Origin: a virus
Virus record (IMG/VR): IMGVR_UViG_3300032296_002019
Coordinates: 1 to 64,000 of that record
Strand: one strand, 5' to 3'
DNA: 64,000 bases
A program made the position numbers and the translations under genes. The first letter of the stretch is position 1. The number at the start of each line of letters is the position of its first letter. Below are positions 7,836 through 16,845 of the stretch, one piece after another. The notes under the pieces were generated by a model. That model made no database searches. It saw only the letters and a list, made by a program, of their open reading frames with translations, and was not told where the DNA came from.

Positions 7836-9131
7836 ATGAAACATTTACTAATTGAGAACAAAGGTGAATTAGATATTGCATCTTTGATTTTGCTGGGGGC
7901 CTCTACCAAGAGAGGGGACTCTAGCAAGATAGGATTCTTTGGATCTGGTAACAAGTATGCTATTGCTACTCTGATCAAGTACGGTATCAATTTTGAAATA
8001 TATTCTGGAGACAGGAAGATTGATATCACTACTGAAGATGTTATCTTTAGGGATATGAAGTTCAAGAAGATTATCATAGATGGTAAAGAGACTTCTCTGA
8101 CTACAAGCATGGGACCACAATGGGAACCTTGGATGGCTATTAGAGAGTGGGTATCAAATAGTCTTGATGAAGGAGGTTACAACATGATAACCGATACAAG
8201 TATTATATCAGGTCGTGATGGATATACTAGGTTCTTTGTAGAACATCATCCCATGATATCAGATCTAATAGAGAACTGGGGATCTTACTTTGCATTTGAA
8301 AGAGAAGACTCTCTGTTTAAATATGAAGAGAGCAATGTCTATCCTCAAACAGATCCTGAGAATAATGTAGTTCTTTACAGAAAAGGAATAAGATGCTACT
8401 TTGATAAAGGAGTGCAATCTTTATACCAATATGATATAGATTCATTTGATATAAATGAAAGTAGATTAATTGATAGTTTGTATAGTGCTGAGCTAAAAGT
8501 CTCTAAGCTATTAAACAAATGTGATAATGTGGAAGTGCTTAAGAGTATACTAAAGAATGCCTTTATAGAAGACAAGTGGGAAGCCCGTTTGCCATGGAGA
8601 TGGGGAACAGGAGGACCATTGAACAAAGCATGGAGAGAAGCTATAGATGATAGATGCATCATTGTAGATACTGTATCAGGATACTACTTGGATATACAAA
8701 ATTCTAGAAAGTGTTATATAGTATCTCTTGAGATGGCGTTTGCAATAAGGTCTGCCTTCCCAGATGTTACCATATATGGTATAGATGATTCTGGTAATTC
8801 TATAGGATACAAGGCAACAGTGACAACTCCTAAGCAAGACTTCATACTTAAGGAAGTTATAAAATTCTGCGGAGAGTGTGGGTACTCTGTAGAATACCCA
8901 TTAGAAGTTGTAGACTTTGAAGACAGAGATGTGTTGGGACAGGCTCATAAAGGTACCATACTATTATCTTCTAAGATATTTGATATGGGAAGAAAGCAGG
9001 TTGCTTTGACTATCATAGAAGAGAATGAACATCTCAAGACAGGATATAAAGATTGTTCAAGAGCATTTCAAAATCACTTGTTCAATCTATTCCTCACAGA
9101 GAAGGAAGAAAGATTCGGATATTTTCTATAA
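7836..9131 (+). CDS. circularly permuted GHKL (HATPase) ATPase with C-terminal zincin-like domain
   Basis: IENKG, LGASTKR..IGFFGSGNK (G boxes) precede AIREWVSNSLDE (N box); C-terminal IIEENEHLKTG. Confidence 0.75.
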   Translation: MKHLLIENKGELDIASLILLGASTKRGDSSKIGFFGSGNKYAIATLIKYGINFEIYSGDRKIDITTEDVIFRDMKFKKIIIDGKETSLTTSMGPQWEPWMAIREWVSNSLDEGGYNMITDTSIISGRDGYTRFFVEHHPMISDLIENWGSYFAFEREDSLFKYEESNVYPQTDPENNVVLYRKGIRCYFDKGVQSLYQYDIDSFDINESRLIDSLYSAELKVSKLLNKCDNVEVLKSILKNAFIEDKWEARLPWRWGTGGPLNKAWREAIDDRCIIVDTVSGYYLDIQNSRKCYIVSLEMAFAIRSAFPDVTIYGIDDSGNSIGYKATVTTPKQDFILKEVIKFCGECGYSVEYPLEVVDFEDRDVLGQAHKGTILLSSKIFDMGRKQVALTIIEENEHLKTGYKDCSRAFQNHLFNLFLTEKEERFGYFL

Positions 9132-9149
9132 CAATAAAAAACAAAAGTT

Positions 9150-9380
9150 ATGTTAAAGGTAACAAACATTGAAGAGTACGCTGTAACAACTTATTATTCA
9201 GGAACATTAGAAGATGATGAAGGGAATGATTACAGATTTACTCTTAAAGAAATAGAAGACAACGACATCGGTTCATCTACCCACGAAATAATATGGCTTG
9301 ACGAAATACCTGATGGGCTCATTGACGATGATCTCTTAGTAGATTTGTGCTATAAAGTAATGCTGGAAGATAACAATTAA
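9150..9380 (+). CDS. acidic hypothetical protein
   Basis: ORF track. Confidence 0.65.
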   Translation: MLKVTNIEEYAVTTYYSGTLEDDEGNDYRFTLKEIEDNDIGSSTHEIIWLDEIPDGLIDDDLLVDLCYKVMLEDNN

Positions 9381-9385
9381 AACAA

Positions 9386-9676
9386 ATGACAATGAAAGAC
9401 ATTAAGTATCCGATAGGGTTTACTATCTACAAGTTAGAAGAAAACAAAGAACAGTATACTATTACAGGTTTTATATCTAAGGAGTATAGATTCAGAGATT
9501 TTGACGGTGCCTATGATTTTGAAGAGTATATCAAGAAACATATAGATTGTTCTGATATTGACTTTGATTCTGAGTACTCCCAGTTCTTTGCATACACTAA
9601 TACTGTTGAACGAGCAAAGAAATTTGTTGAAGACATAACTGCTTGGGTAATTAAAGTAAAAGAATTAATAGATTAA
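9386..9676 (+). CDS. hypothetical protein
   Basis: ORF track. Confidence 0.7.
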   Translation: MTMKDIKYPIGFTIYKLEENKEQYTITGFISKEYRFRDFDGAYDFEEYIKKHIDCSDIDFDSEYSQFFAYTNTVERAKKFVEDITAWVIKVKELID

Positions 9677-9678
9677 AA

Positions 9679-9861
9679 ATGAAAGTATCAACATGTTGTC
9701 AGGCTGAGGCCACTGATCCGTTAATGTTAGATTATGGGATATGTCCTGAGTGCCAAGATCATTGTGAGTTTGAAGATTACGACTCTGATGATGATTCGAT
9801 TTATAATAATTGGTGCCACGAAGGAGGTATAAAATTTACAAACACAGATAAAAAACCATAA
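9679..9861 (+). CDS. small zinc-binding protein
   Basis: STCC..ICPECQDHC motif. Confidence 0.7.
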   Translation: MKVSTCCQAEATDPLMLDYGICPECQDHCEFEDYDSDDDSIYNNWCHEGGIKFTNTDKKP

Positions 9862-9864
9862 TAA

Positions 9865-10287
9865 ATGGGAACTCCACTACTGCATGCCCGATCCTCAGTG
9901 AGGAAGTATGGCGGCGAAATCAAAGACTACATTGCTATTCACAGATGGTTTGACTCTACTAAAGGGAACATGCCTGTATTCAAGCATCGTGCAATCCTAC
10001 ACAATTCATTTGGTATGCTACTAGCAGAGCAAGTGTTTGGAGATTACATTACCAACTCAGAAGGTAAGATGGTAGAGGTACGACAGATTGCTTATGACCA
10101 TATCTTTGAAGACTGTGGGTTTGTTCCTACAATAGAAGATTGGCTAAAGCATTTACAAGTACAGCCTTGGATGATGAAAGCAGATGAAACAAGAAAGGTA
10201 AAAGCTGCATTAGATAAACCAGAATTAGAAACAAACAAAAACACTTTAGGGAATGAAACTGAAAGATTACTTGAAACAACTTTCTGA
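9865..10287 (+). CDS. DUF6915-like protein
   Basis: PLLHARSSVRKYGG..DYIAIHRWFDSTK..HRAILHNSFG..EQVFG..HIFED..PTIEDWL. Confidence 0.8.
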   Translation: MGTPLLHARSSVRKYGGEIKDYIAIHRWFDSTKGNMPVFKHRAILHNSFGMLLAEQVFGDYITNSEGKMVEVRQIAYDHIFEDCGFVPTIEDWLKHLQVQPWMMKADETRKVKAALDKPELETNKNTLGNETERLLETTF

Positions 10288-10942
10288 TGAAGGTAAAGAC
10301 ATAAGAATAACATGGGACGGAGGTAATGATAGTGGGTCCTACTATGCCTATATAGGAGGGAAAGAATTATCATATGGAACTCATCTAGAGGAGATCCTTA
10401 CTCGCATAGCAGATGATCATTTAGATTATGGCAGTTGGGCAGGAGATTTCTATGCTAGTGGGGAAGTTTGTTACAATCCACGTTCCGGGGAGTTTGAAGG
10501 AGATAGCAGGACTTCTGTATCAGAATCTGCAACTACAGTTTCTGACATAGAAATAGTAGTTCCAGAAGCTATTAATTTTGATTCAATATCTATAGACCTA
10601 GAAGGAAATAGTGAAGATGGAGTATCATGTTCCTTCAAACTTAATGTAATGAATGGTCCTGTATTTGAAGAGCATCGTGATATAGAAAGAGAGGTTGAAG
10701 ATCAAGTAAAAGAAAGAGTATGCACTATATTAGATAAAGTTTGTTTTGACAAAGAGAGGTATAGTGTTTATGATAGTGACTCTATATCTAGAGATGAAAT
10801 GGAACTAGTAGTAAAAAATGGAGTTAGGAGTCTGGTGCACAAAATAGAAAGTATCTCTTTCTATTACGATATTAGAGAAGAAGATATGATCACTTTCGAA
10901 ATATCAGACGATCTAGAAATAGACCATGAGAATTTATACTAA
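10253..10942 (+). CDS. acidic DUF6878-like protein, paralog A
   Basis: ITWDGGNDSG; SWAGDF; NGPVFEEH. Confidence 0.65.
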   Translation: MKLKDYLKQLSDEGKDIRITWDGGNDSGSYYAYIGGKELSYGTHLEEILTRIADDHLDYGSWAGDFYASGEVCYNPRSGEFEGDSRTSVSESATTVSDIEIVVPEAINFDSISIDLEGNSEDGVSCSFKLNVMNGPVFEEHRDIEREVEDQVKERVCTILDKVCFDKERYSVYDSDSISRDEMELVVKNGVRSLVHKIESISFYYDIREEDMITFEISDDLEIDHENLY

Positions 10943-10956
10943 ATAAATTTAATCAA

Positions 10957-11622
10957 ATGAATCACACTTTTCAAGAATGCTTAGATAAAACTATAGAGTT
11001 TTATTCTAGCCCAGACATAAGAATAGAATGGGAAGGGGGAAACGATGATGGATGTTATGAGCTATTTGTTGATGGTAATCGTATAGCAGATGCTTATAAG
11101 AATGATTTTACTAGTGATCTTATAAGTAACTTTGCTCAATCAATAGGACACTTTTCTTTTGCTGGAGACTTTATTTGTTCTGGGCAAGCTGAGTATGATA
11201 AATCAGAAAATGCTTTTGTAGGAAATGATTCGTATGAAGAGAACAAAGAGTTCTGTTATCCTATTGATCTTACTTATAAAATATCTCCGGACTTATGGTT
11301 TGATAGTATAAAGATTTCAGTAGATGGATATGGTGAAGGTGTAAATGCGGAAGTATTCTTAGTAATAAAAAACGGTCCTGTAAGCGAAGACCATATTAAT
11401 TTTGAAAAAAGTTTAAAAGTGTCTATAGAAAATGACATTCAAGATTCATTATCTAGGAGAGTAGACGAACTATCCGAAATCAATAGTCTATATATAGATT
11501 TTGAGACAAGCATGGAAAACCTGAATAAAGATGAGAATGGAAACTATATTATATTTTTAGACCACGTCTACTGTTATATGTATGACGGAGAAGAAAGACG
11601 AGTTTTAATTCCTATTTCATAA
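10957..11622 (+). CDS. acidic DUF6878-like protein, paralog B
   Basis: IEWEGGNDDG; SFAGDF; NGPVSEDH; collinear with paralog A. Confidence 0.65.
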   Translation: MNHTFQECLDKTIEFYSSPDIRIEWEGGNDDGCYELFVDGNRIADAYKNDFTSDLISNFAQSIGHFSFAGDFICSGQAEYDKSENAFVGNDSYEENKEFCYPIDLTYKISPDLWFDSIKISVDGYGEGVNAEVFLVIKNGPVSEDHINFEKSLKVSIENDIQDSLSRRVDELSEINSLYIDFETSMENLNKDENGNYIIFLDHVYCYMYDGEERRVLIPIS

Positions 11623-11638
11623 TCACAAAAAAAAGAAC

Positions 11639-12388
11639 ATGAAACAGTTCGATTTCACAAAAGCAAGTTACACAGTTTCTGGGGTATCAGGGATGACCCT
11701 AGACCAAGCTATGAGGCTTTGGAAAACAAAGTATCCCACTTATGAACACTTTAGAAAGGCTGTAGTAAAGTCAGAGTCTTTGAAAGAGTTCGGTAGTTTT
11801 GTAGAAGAGATGTGGGATTCTGTCAATCCCATCACTCCTAAGGAAGCATTTGAACAAAAGAATGCAGAGATGAGAAGGATCTACTTTGATTGTATCGGTG
11901 TTGTAGAATTGTTCAAAGCTGCTAATCCAAAGCTACTTGACAAGAAAGTTATCAAGAAACTTCGTAAGCGTTGGGATGAGAAGAATGATCCTTATGACTA
12001 TGAGTTTGAAGACGTCTATGAACTTTATTCTGTAGATCCTAATGAGTTGTACAAAGGAACAGAAACAGACAATTCAAGATGGAGAGCTAGGAGTAAGTAT
12101 ATAGCTGTAAGGTGCTGGTGTACTACAACCAACAGAGAGTATTGGATATATGTGCCAGAAGAAGCAGCATTGGTTGAAGGTATGAGAACATGGGAAGATG
12201 ATGAGAAGAAGAAGTATGATGCTGTAAAAGCTATTGCCTGGACTATTAGGATAGACGTTACTAATCCTAGAAGGATCTATAGGCAAGGAGATATTATCAT
12301 AGCCCAAGAGAGTAATGATTCAACTAAAGTTACTCCTTATCATCTAACCAAGGATCAGTACTTATCTCTTATGTATTCTGAAACCTAA
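11639..12388 (+). CDS. DUF6745-like protein
   Basis: NAEMRR..IG; VRCWCTTTNREYWIYVP; AVKAIAWT; C-terminal RQGDII. Confidence 0.7.
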   Translation: MKQFDFTKASYTVSGVSGMTLDQAMRLWKTKYPTYEHFRKAVVKSESLKEFGSFVEEMWDSVNPITPKEAFEQKNAEMRRIYFDCIGVVELFKAANPKLLDKKVIKKLRKRWDEKNDPYDYEFEDVYELYSVDPNELYKGTETDNSRWRARSKYIAVRCWCTTTNREYWIYVPEEAALVEGMRTWEDDEKKKYDAVKAIAWTIRIDVTNPRRIYRQGDIIIAQESNDSTKVTPYHLTKDQYLSLMYSET

Positions 12389-12393
12389 AAACT

Positions 12394-12867
12394 ATGAGGC
12401 GTAAAAAAAGTATTCCTCGTCATTACTATCATATATTCCGCATAGAGTATTCATATAATTCAGATAGTCTCTATGCCAGACCAGATGCAGTTCTTATAAT
12501 TCTATCAGAAGATGAACTATCTCATATACGTCAATTAGGAGAGATGGTAGAAAATAATAAGCTATTTATTACAGGAGAGTTTGATTATAGAATTTCAATA
12601 AACTTTCCAGTAGAAGTAGAAAAAGTATGGTATGAAGACGGATCTTTAGAGGATGAAAGCGATTCCTATAAGAGTTTGTATATACCTGCTGGGGGTAGGA
12701 TAGAGATACGGGGACATGATCCCTGGGTAAACTTCAGTATGTATGAACATGATAACTGTTCAGACATTTGTGAGGCGGAGATGTCTCTAGACAAATTTAA
12801 ACTTATGGAGTTAGAAGACTGGGACTTCATAGATAAAATAAGTTTTCCAAAAGAAGAAGAGTTTTAA
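12394..12867 (+). CDS. hypothetical protein
   Basis: ORF track. Confidence 0.7.
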   Translation: MRRKKSIPRHYYHIFRIEYSYNSDSLYARPDAVLIILSEDELSHIRQLGEMVENNKLFITGEFDYRISINFPVEVEKVWYEDGSLEDESDSYKSLYIPAGGRIEIRGHDPWVNFSMYEHDNCSDICEAEMSLDKFKLMELEDWDFIDKISFPKEEEF

Positions 12868-12879
12868 AAAATTATTTAT

Positions 12880-12887
12880 TAACTTTG
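12880..12887 (+). promoter_or_regulatory. Bacteroidota-type -7 promoter element
   Basis: TAACTTTG (TAnnTTTG) 26 nt upstream of 12914. Confidence 0.55.
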
Positions 12888-12913
12888 TTTTTAACAATCA
12901 AAAACCAATAAAA

Positions 12914-13210
12914 ATGGCAAACAAAAAGTCCACAAAGAAAGAAGCATCAAAGAAAGCTAAGCGTCTGTGTCTCGGAGAAGGAGAACACGTTTCAGCAGAG
13001 ACAGGTCAAATGATCAAGCACATCCTCAGTTCTAAGTCAGACATTGAGTATGAAACGACTAATGACAGCATTACCTTCATGCTTAAAGACATGGGTGTTC
13101 TCACTCACGATGAGCATGATAGGATGGTGTTCGAATCAGGAAAGTACTCTTCCTACAATCAGGTAGAGTTCAATCCTTTGGATGAAACCATCTCTAGGGT
13201 GTTTGATTAG
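12914..13210 (+). CDS. small His-containing beta protein (usual DUF6745 partner type)
   Basis: LGEGE..H..LTHDEH..GKY..NQVEFNP..RVFD. Confidence 0.7.
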   Translation: MANKKSTKKEASKKAKRLCLGEGEHVSAETGQMIKHILSSKSDIEYETTNDSITFMLKDMGVLTHDEHDRMVFESGKYSSYNQVEFNPLDETISRVFD

Positions 13211-13233
13211 TTTTGGTTGATTGTTTATGTTTG

Positions 13234-13263
13234 AAGGGGGCTGGGTAACACTAGCCCCTTTTT
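13234..13263 (+). terminator. intrinsic terminator
   Basis: AAGGGGGCTGG-GTAACA-CTAGCCCCTT followed by Ts. Confidence 0.75.
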
Positions 13264-13271
13264 ACATTAAT

Positions 13272-13291
13272 CCCATGTGTTTCCTAAAAAA
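13272..13291 (+). repeat. 20-bp intergenic motif, copy 2
   Basis: CCCATGTGTTTCCTAAAAAA. Confidence 0.6.
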
Positions 13292-13307
13292 ACAAAAACG
13301 TTACAAA

Positions 13308-13898
13308 ATGCAAGAAGTTTTAGAAGAAAGAATCGGAAACTACAAAGTAGTAGTTTCTGTAGACGAAAACGCAGAATCTCCAAGGGAGTGGGACAATCTA
13401 GGTACAATGGTATGTTTCCATAGAAGGTATGACTTAGGTGATAACCATGAGTATGATCACAATGATTATTGTGATTGGTATGAGATGAAGCAGGCTATTA
13501 TTAAGAAAGAGAAGGTTCATACAATACTCCCTTTATATCTGTATGATCATGGAGGCATCTCAATATCTACAAGTCCTTTTAGCTGTAAGTGGGATAGCGG
13601 ACAAGTAGGTTGGATATTCACTTCAAATGAAGACGTAAAAAATTATGGAGTAGAGGAGTCAAAAGTTGAAGAGATACTAGTATCAGAAGTAGAGACCTAT
13701 GATAATTTTTTGAAAGGGGAAGTGTACAGGTATCACATTTATAATATATCAAAATGTGATCTAGGACATGAACATGAAACTCTTGTAGATTCTTGTTCCG
13801 GATTTTACTCTTATGAAGAATGCTTCGCGGAAGCTAATACTATGGCTAAACACTTTATCAAATATGACGAAGAACTTGAATATAAAAGCAATCCCTAA
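13308..13898 (+). CDS. conserved phage/MGE protein
   Basis: SPREWDNLGTMVCFHRRYDLGD..LPLYLYDHGG..WDSGQVG; start moved to ATG 13308, after the terminator. Confidence 0.8.
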   Translation: MQEVLEERIGNYKVVVSVDENAESPREWDNLGTMVCFHRRYDLGDNHEYDHNDYCDWYEMKQAIIKKEKVHTILPLYLYDHGGISISTSPFSCKWDSGQVGWIFTSNEDVKNYGVEESKVEEILVSEVETYDNFLKGEVYRYHIYNISKCDLGHEHETLVDSCSGFYSYEECFAEANTMAKHFIKYDEELEYKSNP

Positions 13899-14139
13899 TC
13901 TGGAGTTTCATTTTGAAACGCAAGACGAATATCTAAAAGCAAGGGCTAGCGGATATATAGAAGACTATAAAATGGCCAGGATAAAAAGAGTCTACGAAGA
14001 TGGAAATAGTATAGACTGTCCATACCATAGTAAAGAAGAGTTCGTCAAGTCCATATCTCTTTACCTTACGAGAACTGACATTGTAGAATTGGAAGCGTAT
14101 CAATCTGAACACTTCTTTGATATAATGGATTATGATTAA
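13864..14139 (+). CDS. hypothetical protein
   Basis: ORF track; start uncertain. Confidence 0.55.
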   Translation: MTKNLNIKAIPNLEFHFETQDEYLKARASGYIEDYKMARIKRVYEDGNSIDCPYHSKEEFVKSISLYLTRTDIVELEAYQSEHFFDIMDYD

Positions 14140-14153
14140 TTAAAAATATATAG

Positions 14154-14372
14154 ATGGGAAGGTCGTACAAAATCGAAGGTCTTAACAACATAGAAACTTT
14201 AAACTGGTTTATTGATCAGCCATACCAATGGCAGGAAGAAGTTTGGAAGTTATCTAAAGCTAAGACCTTAGAACAATTAGTAAAATTTGTAAAACAAAAC
14301 ATTAATTTAATTAAACAATTAGAACATGAAAAAGAAAGAAGTATTAGAAAGTCTGAAGAATGTAATGGCTAG
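14154..14372 (+). CDS. hypothetical protein
   Basis: ORF track. Confidence 0.6.
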   Translation: MGRSYKIEGLNNIETLNWFIDQPYQWQEEVWKLSKAKTLEQLVKFVKQNINLIKQLEHEKERSIRKSEECNG

Positions 14373-14670
14373 TTCCAGGAATTGGCAAATGTCTGTGGTA
14401 GATATTATAGATTTGGTTGAGAGTATAGATGATGGGGATTTTACCATGTCGAAAGATTCTATAGACATGATAACAGAAGAGATAGTGGAGAGCATCTCAT
14501 CCAATATGTTTGCTGTTGTAGAGGGGTATGAAATAGATGCAAGCTGTAGCGGATCTACTATAGAGGTAGAGGTAACAGATTTTGAAGTAGACAGAGATTA
14601 TCTTGAAGATCTTATCAAGAAAGAATTGAAGGACTACGTGGCAAACAATTATGCATCAGAAGAAAGATAA
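14326..14670 (+). CDS. acidic hypothetical protein
   Basis: ORF track. Confidence 0.7.
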   Translation: MKKKEVLESLKNVMASSRNWQMSVVDIIDLVESIDDGDFTMSKDSIDMITEEIVESISSNMFAVVEGYEIDASCSGSTIEVEVTDFEVDRDYLEDLIKKELKDYVANNYASEER

Positions 14671-14680
14671 AAAATACTAT

Positions 14681-15214
14681 ATGGGACAATATTATATCGG
14701 AGTATCTTTAGACGCTAAAGAGTACGTATCCCCTTTTGGGGCTAAGCTTATGGAACACTCCTGGATAAATAACGGCTACTTAAAACTAGTAGAACAACTC
14801 CTATCTCCAGGGAACAAATGGCACAAGACAAGGATAGTATGGGCAGGGGATTATATGGATGACGATGTGTTTCTAGAAGGGGAACATGAAGATACCACTT
14901 TATATGGCGTAGCCCATAATGAGTGGCAATTGGCTGATACATCTAGGTTAGACGGACCAGAGGTAAAATATGTTGTTAATCACACAAAAAATATGTATTT
15001 TGCACTTGAGGACGTACCGCCTGTTGAAGACAATCCGGATTGGAAAATACACCCTTTGTCCATTCTTTGCTCTTCTGGTAATGGAAGAGGAGGGGGAGAC
15101 TACAGAGATGATGAAGACAAGAACGTAGGGAGTTGGGCAGGAGATGTAATATCCACTGAGTATGTAGAACCAGATAATATGGAAAAGTTTGTAAACTTTT
15201 TTACTGATGATTAA
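14681..15214 (+). CDS. conserved phage protein
   Basis: MGQYY..KLMEHSW..WAGDY..HPL..GNGRGGGDY..GSWAGD. Confidence 0.8.
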   Translation: MGQYYIGVSLDAKEYVSPFGAKLMEHSWINNGYLKLVEQLLSPGNKWHKTRIVWAGDYMDDDVFLEGEHEDTTLYGVAHNEWQLADTSRLDGPEVKYVVNHTKNMYFALEDVPPVEDNPDWKIHPLSILCSSGNGRGGGDYRDDEDKNVGSWAGDVISTEYVEPDNMEKFVNFFTDD

Positions 15215-15217
15215 TAT

Positions 15218-15853
15218 ATGAAACATAGTAAATTTTATATTAAAGATACCAGATCCTTCAAAGAAAAGTTAGATGACTTTCTGAAGAGTATGTTGTTCTG
15301 GAAAGGTAGGAAGAAGGGAATGATCCACACTATGAATATTAAATGGGATCATATCAGGGCTGTATTCTTTCCCAGAAATTTTCATGAAAAGTATAGATAT
15401 CTTGGATCGGTACCTTGGAGTAAGATGGATGAAATATTTCAAGCTATGGAACCTCTTGTTATCTTCATGGACTATAAGGCTAAGCCTTGGTGGTGTCCAA
15501 GATGGTTCTTGAGGTTCCTTCACTTATTCGGATCTGATAACTCTATAGTCAGAGTAAGAAACAGAACACTTAGTAATCTTGAAAGAAGGATAACTAAAGG
15601 GTATATGATATGGGACTACAAGACTAAGTGGCATTGGTATGACTTAAGAATATCAGTAGCTGGTACAGATCAAATGCACAGATTGTCAGATGCAATAGAG
15701 GCTGCATTCTATACTAGTGGGAGAAGAGAAGACCTGGCACAGAGAATAAAAGATATCGATCCTGATACGAAGTTCGATAAGGGATATCTTACATCTGATT
15801 TAGAAAAAGAATACGAAAGACTTTTGGGCGATGCTGAAGGAATTTATAGATGA
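15218..15853 (+). CDS. hypothetical protein
   Basis: ORF track, 211 aa. Confidence 0.75.
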   Translation: MKHSKFYIKDTRSFKEKLDDFLKSMLFWKGRKKGMIHTMNIKWDHIRAVFFPRNFHEKYRYLGSVPWSKMDEIFQAMEPLVIFMDYKAKPWWCPRWFLRFLHLFGSDNSIVRVRNRTLSNLERRITKGYMIWDYKTKWHWYDLRISVAGTDQMHRLSDAIEAAFYTSGRREDLAQRIKDIDPDTKFDKGYLTSDLEKEYERLLGDAEGIYR

Positions 15854-16100
15854 TTGGAAAAAACTGTCTGCAATAGAGAAAGTATTAGTATCCCTAATAC
15901 TTCCTTTCTCTTTAGCTATTGCTTTAGCATATGGACTGTTGTTGTTATTGTGGAACAGATACGGAGTAGTTTTCATATGTTTTTTAATACTGACAGAGAT
16001 CAATAAGGATTCTAGTAATGAGGAAAACATACAGGCAGCTCAAGGAATAGCCACTCTCATTTGGCTGGTAGCAATTATCAGAAGATCTATTAAAAAATAA
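15831..16100 (+). CDS. membrane protein
   Basis: Three hydrophobic segments. Confidence 0.65.
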   Translation: MLKEFIDDWKKLSAIEKVLVSLILPFSLAIALAYGLLLLLWNRYGVVFICFLILTEINKDSSNEENIQAAQGIATLIWLVAIIRRSIKK

Positions 16101-16103
16101 AAT

Positions 16104-16352
16104 ATGAACAAAGGAGAACAAAAGAAAATTCTTACTGAAATTATGGACGCAGATGCACAGGACGGGTTGTATGAAACAAAAACTGCTGTTGGGTTCTTAG
16201 CAGAATGGATGAGAGATAATGTAGCAGAGAACACAGGGGATATGCAGGAGGCAATAGACAAGGCTCTTGAAATTGAAAGCTATCAGATTAATAGTGCTTT
16301 TTTTAAAGGTGTTAAATCAAAGATACTAAATAAATCACCATATAAAAAATAA
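16104..16352 (+). CDS. hypothetical protein (xTAVxW/F family)
   Basis: KTAVGFL..KALEIESYQI. Confidence 0.65.
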   Translation: MNKGEQKKILTEIMDADAQDGLYETKTAVGFLAEWMRDNVAENTGDMQEAIDKALEIESYQINSAFFKGVKSKILNKSPYKK

Positions 16353-16355
16353 ACT

Positions 16356-16388
16356 ATGGCACAACAAACAGCAGTAATGCTATCATAA
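16356..16388 (+). pseudogene. truncated QTAV-family gene remnant
   Basis: ATGGCACAACAAACAGCAGTA (MAQQTAV) then a stop; mirrors the start of 16420 (MKQTAVEW). Confidence 0.45.
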
Positions 16389-16419
16389 AAATGCACAATA
16401 ACAAAAAAAATGTTAGTAT

Positions 16420-16677
16420 ATGAAACAAACAGCAGTTGAATGGTTAGTAAATGAACTTAACTTAAATGAAATAATTGAAAAAAACAACCTAATAATTGTT
16501 TTAGATATTATTAACCAAGCCAAAGCAATGGAGAAAGAGCAGATCACCAAAGCAATGATGTATGCATTAGATGAGGACGGACATACAGGAGATTGGAAGA
16601 TTAAATTTGTTAACGAGTATTACGACAGGACATTCAACTTTAAAAATTCTAAAGATGACACCACAAGAAAAAGCTAA
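16420..16677 (+). CDS. hypothetical protein (QTAVEW family)
   Basis: MKQTAVEWL..QAKAMEKEQI. Confidence 0.7.
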   Translation: MKQTAVEWLVNELNLNEIIEKNNLIIVLDIINQAKAMEKEQITKAMMYALDEDGHTGDWKIKFVNEYYDRTFNFKNSKDDTTRKS

Positions 16678-16825
16678 TTACCTACTAGGTAAAATGACTA
16701 AGGACCAGGCTATAGTAGTAGTAGACGAAATTGTAGACGAGTTAGTAAAAACTCGTAACAGGTATTTTCAATTATACATAATACCTTTTTGGGAACTTGT
16801 CAAGCAAGAATTAAATAACGCATAG
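16655..16825 (+). CDS. hypothetical protein (MTPxEKA family)
   Basis: MTPQEKA..AIVVVDEI..FWELVKQEL. Confidence 0.65.
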   Translation: MTPQEKANYLLGKMTKDQAIVVVDEIVDELVKTRNRYFQLYIIPFWELVKQELNNA

Positions 16826-16845
16826 ACCTTTTAAAATTAAAACTT

